Source: Gammaproteobacteria bacterium (GTDB lineage Bacteria; Pseudomonadota; Gammaproteobacteria; JADZEE01). Taken from it: a DNA stretch of 64,000 nucleotides. The notes beneath the pieces were generated by a model. That model was not told where the DNA came from and searched no databases. It saw only the letters and a program-made list of their open reading frames with translations. Position 1 is the first letter of the stretch. Every line of letters begins with the position of its first letter. The stretch spans positions 4,989 to 68,988 of the forward strand of contig JBFXBD010000001.1 in the NCBI GenBank assembly GCA_050183625.1, in the 5' to 3' direction. Shown here piece after piece: positions 28,706 through 38,530 of this stretch. The position numbers were made by a program, and so were the translations under genes.

Positions 28706-29905
28706 TCATGGCTGCCATTGCAGCGGCAGCTCGGTCACGGTGTTGACCTGGCCGGACATCAAGCCGACGCGTGCGCCGGGTGCAATCCGGAACTCGGGGA
28801 TGCGCGCCAGCCACTCCTCGATGAACACGCGCAGTTCCATGCGCGCCAGGTGCGAACCCAGGCAGCGGTGCACGCCCATGCCGAAGCTGATGTGCCGGCT
28901 GTCCTCGCGGGCGAAGTCCACGCGCAGCGGATCGGCGTGGCGCTGCTCGTCCAGGCCGTAGAGCGCCGAGGGCAGGAGCACCATCTCCCCGGCCTTCATC
29001 CGCACGCCCTGGTAGTCGAGATCCTCGCGCACGACGCGGGCCATGTTGGTGACGCTGTAGCGGCGCAGCAGTTCCTCCACCGCACGCGGGATGAGCGCGG
29101 GCTGCGCGCGCAGCAGGCGCCGGTGCTCGGGGCTGAGGGCAAGGTACCGGGCGACGAAGCCGAGTGCCGAGACCACGGTATCCAGCCCCGCGAACATCAG
29201 GACGTTGCAGAACGACAGCAGCTCGACGCGGGTCATGCGCCGGCCACCGACGTCGGCCTGCATCAGCAGGCTGATGACATCCTCGCCCGGAGCCTGCTCG
29301 CGCTCGGTGACCTTCTCCTCCAGGTAGGCGACCACCTCGCGGATCCCCTCCCAGCAGGCCTCGGTGTCGGAGCAGCGCTGCTTCTTCTCCACCGAGGCCA
29401 GAAGGCGCAGCCGATCCTGCTGCGGCAGCCCCATGATGCCGAGGAACACGCCCACCGGAACGTACTTGGAGAACTCGGCCACGAACTCGCAGCCGCCGCG
29501 CGGACGGAAATCCTCGATGCGCGCGATCGTAATCTCGCGCACCGTGGCTTCCAGGCCTGCAATCCGGTTCGGGCTGAACATCGGCTGCACCAGCGTGCGG
29601 AACGGCGCGTGGTCGGGCGGGTCCAGTTCCACCGGCAGCATGCGGAAGGGCTTGCCCTGGCGCGGAATGGTCTGGTCCATGGACGAGAACCGCGCGTGAT
29701 CGCGGTGCATCTCCTCCAGGTCCGCGGCGCGCGTCGCCACCCAGTGGCCGCCGTAGTGGGGCGTGAAGAAGATCGGCGGCTCGTCGTGCAGCCGCTTCCA
29801 GCCCAGGTGCAGATCGCCGTCCACCGGCGCGACCTGGAAGAAATCGAAGTCCCGTACGAGGGACGGCGGAACGTGCGCCGGAATGGACTCACCCGCGGTG
29901 TTCAT
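28706..29905 (-). CDS. Cytochrome P450 (P450cam/CYP101-like)
   Basis: IPAHVPPSLVRDFD, TPHYGGHWVATR, LDPPDH, AGLDTV, EELLRR and FGMGVHRCLG. Confidence 0.93.
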   Translation of the reverse strand: MNTAGESIPAHVPPSLVRDFDFFQVAPVDGDLHLGWKRLHDEPPIFFTPHYGGHWVATRAADLEEMHRDHARFSSMDQTIPRQGKPFRMLPVELDPPDHAPFRTLVQPMFSPNRIAGLEATVREITIARIEDFRPRGGCEFVAEFSKYVPVGVFLGIMGLPQQDRLRLLASVEKKQRCSDTEACWEGIREVVAYLEEKVTEREQAPGEDVISLLMQADVGGRRMTRVELLSFCNVLMFAGLDTVVSALGFVARYLALSPEHRRLLRAQPALIPRAVEELLRRYSVTNMARVVREDLDYQGVRMKAGEMVLLPSALYGLDEQRHADPLRVDFAREDSRHISFGMGVHRCLGSHLARMELRVFIEEWLARIPEFRIAPGARVGLMSGQVNTVTELPLQWQP

Positions 29906-30143
29906 CGGCCGTCTCCATGATTTTCGATGCCAGTCGATCGCAATCTAGCACCGCCCGCGGTCGTCGCGAAGCGGGTACCTTCACACGCGATTGCCGCGGC
30001 GCGCGTGCGCCGCCAGCCGGGGTGATTTTGTCCAACCCCTGTTGCACACTTGAAAATTGGCCCGGCGCTTTCCACGCGCCGGCCGGGGTGCGGATGCTGC
30101 GTTGCAGCGGGCACCTGCCACACCCACGCGAGAGGGTCCTTTG

Positions 30144-31370
30144 ATGACCGATGATTCGACCGCCGCCGCACGCGCATCCTTCGACGATGCCTGGAAGGAG
30201 TACATGCAGGCCCTGGAGGACTGCCGCCGGCAGATGCTGCGCGAGCCGCTGGCCGGGCGAAGCCCCGACATGGTGGCGCAGATCGCCTACCTGACCTCGA
30301 GCCTGGCGGCGCACGCGCACGAATACGTGATGGCGCCGCGATCGCACTATCCGATGCTGTACTGCATGTATCCGCGCCTGCCCTCCCTGCCGCTGCTGCT
30401 GCCGTGCCCGGATTTCTACTACCGCGAGTCGTTCCTGGACGGCGCGCGTACCTACCGCATCCGCGGCCGGCGTCGAACGGCCCACTGGGAGTCGATCCAG
30501 ATCCAGTCCGGTGTGTTCGGCGCCGACGGTGCGCGCAAGGTCGCGCACCTGCACTTCGACGAACTCCGGGCCGACGCCGACGGCCGCTTCGAACTGACGA
30601 TTGGCGGGCCGGAACGACCGGGGAACTGGATGCCGCTCGCGCCGGAAGCGCGCAGCCACCACCTGCTCATCCGCAGCGCCCTGGTCGACTGGGACCGGGC
30701 CGAGCCCTCGGAACTGGAACTGCAACTCGCGGACGATGCACCGCGCGAACCGCACGCGCTGTCGATGGAGGCGATCGCCGCGCGCTACCGGCTGATGGCA
30801 CGCATGATCCGCTTCACCACGGACAACTGGAACGATGCCGATTACGCGCGCGAGGCGCTCGACGCAGTCGGCACGAACCGCTTCATCCAGCATGCGGTCA
30901 CCGAGAAGACCATGAACCGCGCCGGCAACCCGGGCAACCAGACCTCGTTCGCGGTGTTCGACATCGGCCCGGACGAGGCACTGATCGTCGAGTCCGAGGT
31001 GCCCGTGGCGCGCTACTGGGGCGTTCACATGAGCGACGTGTGGTTCCAGGCCGCGGATTTCGTCGATCACCAGAGCTCGATTTCCTGCGGCCAGGCACGG
31101 CTGGACGCCGACGGCCGGTTCCGCGCGGTGATCGCGTACCGCGACCCTGGCGTGCCGAACTGGCTCGATCCGGTCGGCATCCGCCCCGGCGTGGTGTTCT
31201 TCCGCTACTACTGGAGCGACCGGCACCCACTGCCCACCGCGACCCGGGTGCCGCTGGCGCGGGTGCGCGAGCATCTGCCGCGCGAAACGCCGGTGGTCAC
31301 GCCCGTGCAGCGCGCCGAGGCGATCGCGCGCCGAGGCGCGGCGGCGCGCCGGCGCCTGGGCCGCTACTGA
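30144..31370 (+). CDS. DUF1214-like hypothetical protein
   Basis: PCPDFYY, TYRIRG, DADGRFELTIGG, QSSISCGQARLDADGRFRAVI and DPGVPNWLD; paralog of 6203-7408. Confidence 0.8.
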   Translation: MTDDSTAAARASFDDAWKEYMQALEDCRRQMLREPLAGRSPDMVAQIAYLTSSLAAHAHEYVMAPRSHYPMLYCMYPRLPSLPLLLPCPDFYYRESFLDGARTYRIRGRRRTAHWESIQIQSGVFGADGARKVAHLHFDELRADADGRFELTIGGPERPGNWMPLAPEARSHHLLIRSALVDWDRAEPSELELQLADDAPREPHALSMEAIAARYRLMARMIRFTTDNWNDADYAREALDAVGTNRFIQHAVTEKTMNRAGNPGNQTSFAVFDIGPDEALIVESEVPVARYWGVHMSDVWFQAADFVDHQSSISCGQARLDADGRFRAVIAYRDPGVPNWLDPVGIRPGVVFFRYYWSDRHPLPTATRVPLARVREHLPRETPVVTPVQRAEAIARRGAAARRRLGRY

Positions 31371-31382
31371 TCCCCGATTGGG

Positions 31383-32627
31383 CTACGGCCCGCCGGCGGC
31401 CGCGGAAGCCGGCAGGGGTTCCCGGCGCCCCGCACGCAACCAGAGCAGGAGCAGCGGCGGCGCGCACAGCGCAAGTGCGATCGCAGCGCTGCGATACGCC
31501 GCGGGCAGGCCCGCGGCATCGCCGATCGCGCCCAGCGCCGGCTCGACGCCGGCAATCAGCAGGCTGAACAGAAGCTGGTACATCGACAGGATCGTCGCCC
31601 GCTGCGCACTGGGGATCCTCCGGTTCAGGTAGTCCGAGACGATTGGAAACGACAGCGCCACGACGGCGCTGCACAGCGGGTAGAAGACGATCGCCCAAAG
31701 CGAATCGACGGCTCCCAGCAGCCCCGCCGCCAGCAGCACCGACGCCGGCATGAAAATCATCACGCCCTTCGTCCCGAACGCCGCCGACAGGCGGTACGCA
31801 TGGACCGCGGCGAAGATGCCGATGAGGTTGCCCGGCACCTGGAACACGCCGAGCATGGCCGTGTCCACGTCGTGCGACTTCAGGAACGGCTGCATGAGGA
31901 TGCCGATGCTCACCGCGATCGACATCACCAGCGCCGCCAGCAGCATGAACCAGCGCAGCGGCGCATCCGCGTGCACGATGCCGGCGGCGCGGCGCACGCC
32001 GGCGAAGTAGCCCAGCGGTTCGTGCCCGTCCAGGTGCCGGGGTGGCTCGACGAAGCGCAGCGTCACCAGCCACGCCGCCGCCGTGATCAGGGCGCTCACC
32101 GCGATCGGCACCCAGAGGTTGGTCGCCGCCGCGAACGGCGGGCCGGTGAGCATTCCCAGCAGGACGCCGGCCGATCCGATGGCCTGGCAGCGGCCCCAGA
32201 CGCGCTGGTACTCGCGCTCGCGACCCGCCTGCTTCAGCGAATCGTAGATGAACGCGGCGTCGGCGCCGGAAAACAGCGTGTATGCCACGGCCCAGGCGAG
32301 GTAGGACACCAGCAGCAGCCAGTAGGTGTCGGCGATCGCGAAGGTGAAGATCGCCACCGTGAGCACGGCGGCGCCGAGGTTCAGCGAGATCCTGCGCCCC
32401 CAGCGATCGGCGATGGCGCCGGTGGGCACCTCCAGCAGCACCATCGCGAGCCAGAAGGGTGCATCCAGCGCCGTGATCTGCGTCAGGCTCAGTCCTCGGG
32501 CCTCGTCCAGGTACACCACCCAGATGGCCTGCCAGAACTGGAAATTGACCAGGAACCGGAATGCGTAGTACAGGCGCACGTTCGCGGCCCAGGCCGATCG
32601 CTGCGATTGCCCGTGCAATTCCGGCAC
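31383..32627 (-). CDS. MFS transporter
   Basis: LEVPTGAIADRWGRR, SGADAAFIYDSL and IPSAQRATILS; GTG start with GGAGG Shine-Dalgarno is inferred. Confidence 0.9.
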   Translation of the reverse strand: MPELHGQSQRSAWAANVRLYYAFRFLVNFQFWQAIWVVYLDEARGLSLTQITALDAPFWLAMVLLEVPTGAIADRWGRRISLNLGAAVLTVAIFTFAIADTYWLLLVSYLAWAVAYTLFSGADAAFIYDSLKQAGREREYQRVWGRCQAIGSAGVLLGMLTGPPFAAATNLWVPIAVSALITAAAWLVTLRFVEPPRHLDGHEPLGYFAGVRRAAGIVHADAPLRWFMLLAALVMSIAVSIGILMQPFLKSHDVDTAMLGVFQVPGNLIGIFAAVHAYRLSAAFGTKGVMIFMPASVLLAAGLLGAVDSLWAIVFYPLCSAVVALSFPIVSDYLNRRIPSAQRATILSMYQLLFSLLIAGVEPALGAIGDAAGLPAAYRSAAIALALCAPPLLLLWLRAGRREPLPASAAAGGP

Positions 32628-32699
32628 GGCGTTCCTCCGGCAAAAGCGGCATTGAAGCACGCGGAACGGGTGCCGACCAAGGCAGCCATGAACGGTCAA

Positions 32700-32790
32700 C
32701 GTCATTGCGAGGAGCGAAGCGACGAAGCAATCCACGCGCTGCCGGCGGCATCGAGGCCACGTGGGTCGCTTCGCTGCGCTCGCGACGACG
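32700..32790. repeat. Repeat family C, copy 2 (inverted relative to copy 1)
   Basis: CGTCATTGCGAGGAGCGAAGCGACGAAGCAATCC...GGGTCGCTTCGCTGCGCTCGCGACGACG, flanked by an extra 9 bp inverted repeat GCCATGAAC/GTTCATGGC. Confidence 0.9.
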
Positions 32791-32912
32791 GTGGTTCATG
32801 GCCGTAATCGGCCGCCCCCGCCCGGCCGGTGGACAAGCCGCGCGCGCTGGGCGAGGATTCGGACGAACCGTGCGCCGGGCCGACCGCGGCCCGGCGCGAG
32901 GCACGAGCATCG

Positions 32913-33938
32913 ATGCACGACATCAACCGCCGGATCATCCTGGCCGCCAGGCCCGGGCAGGGCGTACGCAGCACGGACTTCCGCTTCGACACCGCCCCGA
33001 TGCCGCGCCCCGCCGACGGCGAGGTGCTGCTGCGCACGCTGTGGCTGTCGATCGATCCGTACCTGCTGCGGGTCGTCAAGGGCGTGCCGGGCTACGACCC
33101 GGCGATCGGGCCCGGGGACGTCATGTACGGCCGGGGCATCGGCGAAGTCGTCGAATCCGCCGATCCGCGCTTCGCGCCCGGGGATTGCGTGCACCTGTAC
33201 CAGCGCTGGCAGACCTGGTATGCCGCCAACGCCAACGCGCTGCGCAAGGTCGACGCGGATCGGTTCCCCGGCTCGGCCTACCTGGGCGTGCTCGGCCAGT
33301 CGGGGCTGACCGCCTGGGCCGGGCTGCTCGACGGCGGCCGGCCGCGCCCGGGCCAGACGGTCGCGGTGTCCTCCGCGGCGGGGGTGGTCGGCAGCCTGGT
33401 CGGCCAGATCGCGAAGATCACCGGATGCCGCGCCGTGGGCATCGCCGGCGGCCCGGAGAAATGCCGGCACGTGGTCGAGGACCTGGGCTTCGACGCCTGC
33501 GTGGACTACAAGTCGCCGCGCTTCGCCGAGGAACTGCGCGCGGCGCTGCCCGGCGGCGCCGACGTCCACTTCGAAAACGTCGGCGGCGCCGTGCTCGACG
33601 CGATGCTGCCCTGCATGGCCCGGCGCGGGCGGGTCGTGCTCTGCGGGCTGATCGCGCACTACGACGATTCGCCGCTGGTGATCCGCAACTCGGCCTGGCT
33701 GCTGACCAACACGCTCTCGATCGAGGCCTTCTCCGTGTTCGACCACCTGCACCGCATGGACGAATGCATCGAGCAGCTAGGCCGGTGGATCCTCGATGGC
33801 AGGCTGAAGTACCGCGAGACGATTGCGGAGGGGTTCGACAGCGCGCCGCGCGCGATGGTCGACATGTTCGCCGGGCGCGTGCTCGGCAAGCAGGTGGTGC
33901 GGGTGGCGCAGCGCGCCGGCGCACCCGCGCAGGATTGA
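32913..33938 (+). CDS. NADP-dependent alkene reductase (MDR, prostaglandin reductase-like)
   Basis: WLSIDPY, GLTAWAGL, VSSAAGVVGSLVGQIAK, GIAGG and FENVGG. Confidence 0.92.
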   Translation: MHDINRRIILAARPGQGVRSTDFRFDTAPMPRPADGEVLLRTLWLSIDPYLLRVVKGVPGYDPAIGPGDVMYGRGIGEVVESADPRFAPGDCVHLYQRWQTWYAANANALRKVDADRFPGSAYLGVLGQSGLTAWAGLLDGGRPRPGQTVAVSSAAGVVGSLVGQIAKITGCRAVGIAGGPEKCRHVVEDLGFDACVDYKSPRFAEELRAALPGGADVHFENVGGAVLDAMLPCMARRGRVVLCGLIAHYDDSPLVIRNSAWLLTNTLSIEAFSVFDHLHRMDECIEQLGRWILDGRLKYRETIAEGFDSAPRAMVDMFAGRVLGKQVVRVAQRAGAPAQD

Positions 33939-33969
33939 GAGGAGATCCCACCCGTTGAACGCAGCAGCG

Positions 33970-35589
33970 ATGACCGACGAGGACCTGCACCTGGCCACCG
34001 TCTGGGAGGCGGTCGCGGACGCCATCCCGGACGAAACCGCACTCGCGCACGGCACGCGCAGCGTGACCTGGCGCGAGTTCGACACGCGCGCCGCAAGGCT
34101 CGCCGCGGCCTTCGCCGCCGCCGGCCTGGCATCCGGCGCGAAGATCGCGATCGACCTGCACAACAAGCCCGAATGGCTCGAGGCCTTCTTCGCCGCCATC
34201 AAGATCCGCGCGGTCCCGGCGAACGTCAACTACAGGTACCTGGACCGCGAGCTGATCCACCTGCTGCGCGACGCCGAGGCCGAGGCGATCGTGTTCGAGG
34301 CCGACTTCGCCGACCGCATCCTGCACCTGGCGCCCGAGCTGCCGCGGCTGCGCCTGTTCGTGCGCGTGGGCGCCGATCCCGCGGCACCCGTGCCGCCGGG
34401 CGTGGCGGACTACGAGTCGCTGATCGCGACGCACGCGCCCGCGGCGCGGATCCGCCGCGACGCGGGCGACCAGTACCTGTCCTACACCGGCGGCACCACC
34501 GGGCTGCCCAAGGGCGTGATGGTGAACCTGGTCGCCAGCGTGCGCAGCATCACCTACCACTGCGAGGTGCTCGGCGTACCGCCGGGGCTGGAGATGCAGC
34601 ACGCCGAGGCGGCGCGCCACTTCGTGCGCACCGGCACCCGGCCGGTGGCGATCCCGGCCTCGCCGCTGATGCACAGCACCGGCCTGGGCTGGACCGCACT
34701 GCCCACGCTCTGCTTCGGCGGCCAGGTCGTGACCTTGCAGGGCCGCTCGTTCGATGCGCACGAATTGCTGGAGGCGATCGAGCGGCAGGGCGCCACCATC
34801 GTGTCGATCGTCGGCGATGCCTTCGCGCGGCCGGTGCTGCGCGCGTTGCAGGAACGCGCGGCGCAGGGCCGGCCTTGCCATCTTCCCGGCCTGCGGCAGA
34901 TCTCCTCCGCGGGCGTGGCCTGGAGCGCGGACACCAAGGCGCTGTTGTTCGAGCACCTGCCGCAGGTCGTCCTGTTCGACGCCTGCGGCGCCTCCGAGGG
35001 CATCACCTATGGCTTTCGCCGCTACAGGAAGGGCGATCCGCTGGCCTCCGCCAGCTTCACGCCGGCGCCCGGCCTGCTGCTGCTGGACGACGACGGCACC
35101 GTCCTTGCGCCGGATCCGGGCCGCCGGGGCCTGCTGGCCAACACCACCACGGCCGTGGGCTACTTCAACGATCCGGACAAGACCGCGCGCACCTACCGCA
35201 TGATCGAGGGCGTGCGCTACGCCATCCCCGGCGACTACGGCCGGTTCGAGGCCGACGGCACGGTCACCCTGCTCGGGCGGGCCTCGAACACCGTCAACAC
35301 CGGCGGCGAGAAGGTGCATCCGGAGGAGGTCGAGGATCTCATGAAGTCCTACCCCGGCGTGGACGACTGCCTCGTGTTCGGGATCCCGGACGAGCGCTTC
35401 GGCATGCAGGTGGCGGCCGTGGTGCAGATGCGCCCGGGCGCGCCGACGGATGCCGCAGCGTTCGCCGCCTGGCTGCGCGAGCGCATCGCCCACTACAAGG
35501 TGCCGCGCCGGGTGGAATTCTCGGCCGTGCCGCGCGGTCCGAACGGCAAGCCGGACTATCCGCGCGCGCGCCAGCTCGTATCTGCCTGA
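33970..35589 (+). CDS. Acyl-CoA synthetase (AMP-binding, FadD19-like)
   Basis: YTGGTTGLPKGV, NVNYRY, GASEG, PGDYG, GGEKVHPEEVE and GKPDY. Confidence 0.93.
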   Translation: MTDEDLHLATVWEAVADAIPDETALAHGTRSVTWREFDTRAARLAAAFAAAGLASGAKIAIDLHNKPEWLEAFFAAIKIRAVPANVNYRYLDRELIHLLRDAEAEAIVFEADFADRILHLAPELPRLRLFVRVGADPAAPVPPGVADYESLIATHAPAARIRRDAGDQYLSYTGGTTGLPKGVMVNLVASVRSITYHCEVLGVPPGLEMQHAEAARHFVRTGTRPVAIPASPLMHSTGLGWTALPTLCFGGQVVTLQGRSFDAHELLEAIERQGATIVSIVGDAFARPVLRALQERAAQGRPCHLPGLRQISSAGVAWSADTKALLFEHLPQVVLFDACGASEGITYGFRRYRKGDPLASASFTPAPGLLLLDDDGTVLAPDPGRRGLLANTTTAVGYFNDPDKTARTYRMIEGVRYAIPGDYGRFEADGTVTLLGRASNTVNTGGEKVHPEEVEDLMKSYPGVDDCLVFGIPDERFGMQVAAVVQMRPGAPTDAAAFAAWLRERIAHYKVPRRVEFSAVPRGPNGKPDYPRARQLVSA

Positions 35590-35630
35590 TGCCCGCTACG
35601 GGGCCGGGTGGAACAGCCACGGAGGAAGCG

Positions 35631-36608
35631 ATGGTCGAACGGATCGAGTTCCACGGGCGGGTGGCCATCGTCACCGGCGCCGGCAACGGCCTGGGCAGGG
35701 ATTACGCACTGGAACTGGCCCGCCGCGGCGCGAAGGTGGTGGTCAACGACCTGGGCTGCACGGGCGCGGGCACGGGCGCATCGCGCCAGGCCGCACAGGC
35801 CGTCATCGACGAAATCCGCGCCGCCGGCGGGCAGGCGATCGCGAGTTGCGAGAGCGTGGCCACGCGCGCGGGCGGCGCCGCGATCGTGCAGGCCGCGCTC
35901 GACGCCTGGGGCCGCGTCGACATCTGCATCTGCAACGCCGGCATCCTGCGCAATAACCGCTTCGAGGACCTGACCGACGAGCAGATCGACGCCGTGCTCG
36001 GCGTGCACCTCAAGGGCGCCTTCCACGTCGCCCAGCCCGCGTACCGCGCGATGCGCGCGCACCGCTACGGGCGCTTCGTCTTCACCGGCTCGGCCTCGGG
36101 CATGTTCGGCCACGGCTGGCAGGCGAACTATGCCGCCGCCAAGTCCGCGCTGCTCGGCCTGAGCCGCGTCGTGGCGATCGAGGGCTCCGCCCACGGCATC
36201 CTCTCCAACCTGCTGCTGCCCACCGCCGCGGAATCCCGCCTGGGCGCGGAGATGGGCAGCGGATACCTGGAGACGCCCGCCTTCGCTGCGGCGATCGGCA
36301 GCGTGGACTTCTCCGTGCTCGCGGGCCGCAACACCGCCGCGCACAACACCGCGCTCGCCCTGTACCTGGCCAGCGAGCGCTGCGAGGCGACGCAGTCGGT
36401 ATTCACCATGGTCGGCGGGCGCTACGCCCGCGTCGGCATCTGCACGGCGGAGGGCTGGGCCAGCCCGGCCGGCGCACCGCCGACGGTGGAGGACGTCGCG
36501 GATCACTTCGCGCGGATCTGCGACCTGCGCGAGCACCACGAACCGCTGAACAACTACGCCGAAGCCGGCATCGCCATCGGCACCGGCCGCCGGCAGGGGG
36601 TGCTGTGA
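35631..36608 (+). CDS. SDR (multifunctional-enzyme-type hydroxyacyl-CoA dehydrogenase-like)
   Basis: TGAGNGLG, VVNDLG, NAGILR and NYAAAK. Confidence 0.92.
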   Translation: MVERIEFHGRVAIVTGAGNGLGRDYALELARRGAKVVVNDLGCTGAGTGASRQAAQAVIDEIRAAGGQAIASCESVATRAGGAAIVQAALDAWGRVDICICNAGILRNNRFEDLTDEQIDAVLGVHLKGAFHVAQPAYRAMRAHRYGRFVFTGSASGMFGHGWQANYAAAKSALLGLSRVVAIEGSAHGILSNLLLPTAAESRLGAEMGSGYLETPAFAAAIGSVDFSVLAGRNTAAHNTALALYLASERCEATQSVFTMVGGRYARVGICTAEGWASPAGAPPTVEDVADHFARICDLREHHEPLNNYAEAGIAIGTGRRQGVL

Positions 36609-37321
36609 ACGTCGCCGCGCATGCACCGGCGCGGTTCAACCGGCGCGCGATGGATGCCGGCATCGTCCTGGTGCTGGCACCGATCGCCGCCGCAGCCATC
36701 GCATTCGCCCACGATCGCACGCCGCTGTGCTTCGCGCTGCTTTCTGCCCTGGCGGCGATCACGACCTGGCGCTGGCACGCGCCGGCGGACCTGCGCCTGG
36801 GCGCCACCGGCCTGGTGCTCGGCACGTTCGCGGAGTGGTGCGCGACGCAGAGCGGGCTCTGGCGCTACGCCTACACCGATCTGCCGACCCTGCCCGCGTG
36901 GGTGCTGCTCATGTGGTGGATGTTCCCGATCGCGGTGCGGGTGCTGGTCGAAGCCGCCGTCGGACCACCCCCGCCCGGCTCCCGCCTGCGCGGCGCCCTG
37001 TACGCACTGGTGATCATCGCCTGGGTGTGCGCGTTCGGGGTCGCGCAGCCGTGGATCGCCCTGTTCGGCACGCTCGCGCTGATGACGCTTCAGATCCGCC
37101 GGCCGCTGGCGCCGCACCTGGGGATCGTGCTGATCGCCTCGGCGCTCGGCCCGCTCACCGAGGCGATACCGCTGCGGCTGGGCGCATGGTCGTATTCAAG
37201 CGATGCACTCGCGGGGTTCCCGATCTGGCTGCCCGCCGGCTATGGTGCATTCGCGCTCGCGATCCTCGCCGCCGGCGGCCCGCGGCCGGCCGCGGAACGA
37301 AACCAGGACTGCGCGCGATGA
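36605..37321 (+). CDS. Integral membrane protein with an internal duplication (possibly DUF2878-like)
   Basis: Two copies of G..[A/T]E......G.W.Y......P.W (GTFAEWCATQSGLWRY..LPAW and GPLTEAIPLRLGAWSY..FPIW); GTGA and ATGA overlaps with its neighbours. Confidence 0.65.
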   Translation: MNVAAHAPARFNRRAMDAGIVLVLAPIAAAAIAFAHDRTPLCFALLSALAAITTWRWHAPADLRLGATGLVLGTFAEWCATQSGLWRYAYTDLPTLPAWVLLMWWMFPIAVRVLVEAAVGPPPPGSRLRGALYALVIIAWVCAFGVAQPWIALFGTLALMTLQIRRPLAPHLGIVLIASALGPLTEAIPLRLGAWSYSSDALAGFPIWLPAGYGAFALAILAAGGPRPAAERNQDCAR

Positions 37322-37515
37322 CCGGATCCAAACTGTTCTCCTGCGGCGAACTGCGGGTCGCAAACGAACTGCTCGGCGATGCCGGTGCGCTCGCGCGCGC
37401 CTGGGACCGGGACGGCTACTGGTTCTTCGACGACGCCGGCGGTGTTCACGATCCCGGACGATCGCGTCCCCGCGCACGCCTGGCGCCGGGATCACGGCCG
37501 CTGCGATCGCGATAG
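37318..37515 (+). pseudogene. Remnant of a phytanoyl-CoA dioxygenase (PhyH)-like gene
   Basis: ELRVANELLGDAGALARAWDRDGYWFF resembles a PhyH N-terminus, then protein-like sequence ends; a second fragment VFTIPDDRVPAHAWRR lies in another frame; translationally coupled start. Confidence 0.55.
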
Positions 37516-38478
37516 ATACGGCCGGAGCTGTTCCACCCAGCACTGCAAGGCCTGCGGATCCGTGCAGCTGAACATGAACAGGTCGATCTCCCAGTCGCGC
37601 GCGCGCCGTTCGAGCTCGACCGCGCATTCGGCCGGCGTGCCGATGAGCCCGTGCGGCGAGGTGTGCGCCAGTTCGGGCGCGACGCCCCAGGCGGGCGCCA
37701 TGCGCCGGCGGACCGCGTCGATCTCGGTGCGCGACTCGGAGATTGCCACCACCGGCAGCAGGTTGCAGACCTTCACCGCGCGACGATCACGCCCGCAGCG
37801 CAGCGTCTCCCCGCGCAGGTAGCGCACCTTCTCCCCGTAGACCGCGTCGTTCAGGCGCGCCATGTTCGGGTGCCCCGAACGGCCCATCGGAAAGAACACA
37901 TTGAGGTAATCCGCGTAGGCCGCCGCCAGCCGCAGCAGCTTGGGCGCGAAGCCGCCGAGCAGGAACGGCGGATGCGGCTGCTGCACCGGCTTGGGCCAAA
38001 GCACCGCGTCGTCGAAGCGGTAGTGGCGGCCGTGGAACGTCGTGCGCTCGTTCGTCCACAGCGAGCGGATGCACTGCAGCGACTCTTCCAGCATATCCAT
38101 TCGATCGGCGACTTCGGGATAGGGCAGGCCGCACATCGTGAACTCCAGCTCGCGCCACGCCGCGCCCATGCCGGCCACCAGGCGGCCGTTGCTCAGCCGG
38201 TCCAGCGTCATGAACGCCTGCGCGGTCACCGCCGGGTGCCGCATCAGGTTGTTGGTCACGAGCTGGCCGAACTTCAGCGTGCGGGTCGACTCGGCGACCA
38301 TGGCCGCGAGGATCATCGAGCTGTAGGCGAGCCGGTGCGGATCCAGTGCGCCGTCGGCGTCTTCATAGGCGAGGTGATCCGGAAAGGTGATGAGCTCCAG
38401 GCCCAGTCCCTCCGCCGCCTGCGCCATGTCGCGCAACACCGCGATCTCCACGTTGCTGGTCATCACCGCGAATTTCAT
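37492..38478 (-). CDS. LLM-class oxidoreductase, probable F420-dependent type
   Basis: FPDHL, RHPAVTAQ, TLDRLSNGR, GAAWRELEF and WPKPVQQPHPP. Confidence 0.9.
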   Translation of the reverse strand: MKFAVMTSNVEIAVLRDMAQAAEGLGLELITFPDHLAYEDADGALDPHRLAYSSMILAAMVAESTRTLKFGQLVTNNLMRHPAVTAQAFMTLDRLSNGRLVAGMGAAWRELEFTMCGLPYPEVADRMDMLEESLQCIRSLWTNERTTFHGRHYRFDDAVLWPKPVQQPHPPFLLGGFAPKLLRLAAAYADYLNVFFPMGRSGHPNMARLNDAVYGEKVRYLRGETLRCGRDRRAVKVCNLLPVVAISESRTEIDAVRRRMAPAWGVAPELAHTSPHGLIGTPAECAVELERRARDWEIDLFMFSCTDPQALQCWVEQLRPYLSRSQRP

Positions 38479-38530
38479 GTTTCCCCCGCCGTGCCTTCCA
38501 CACCGGCCGCGTACTCGCGGCCGGTGTACG

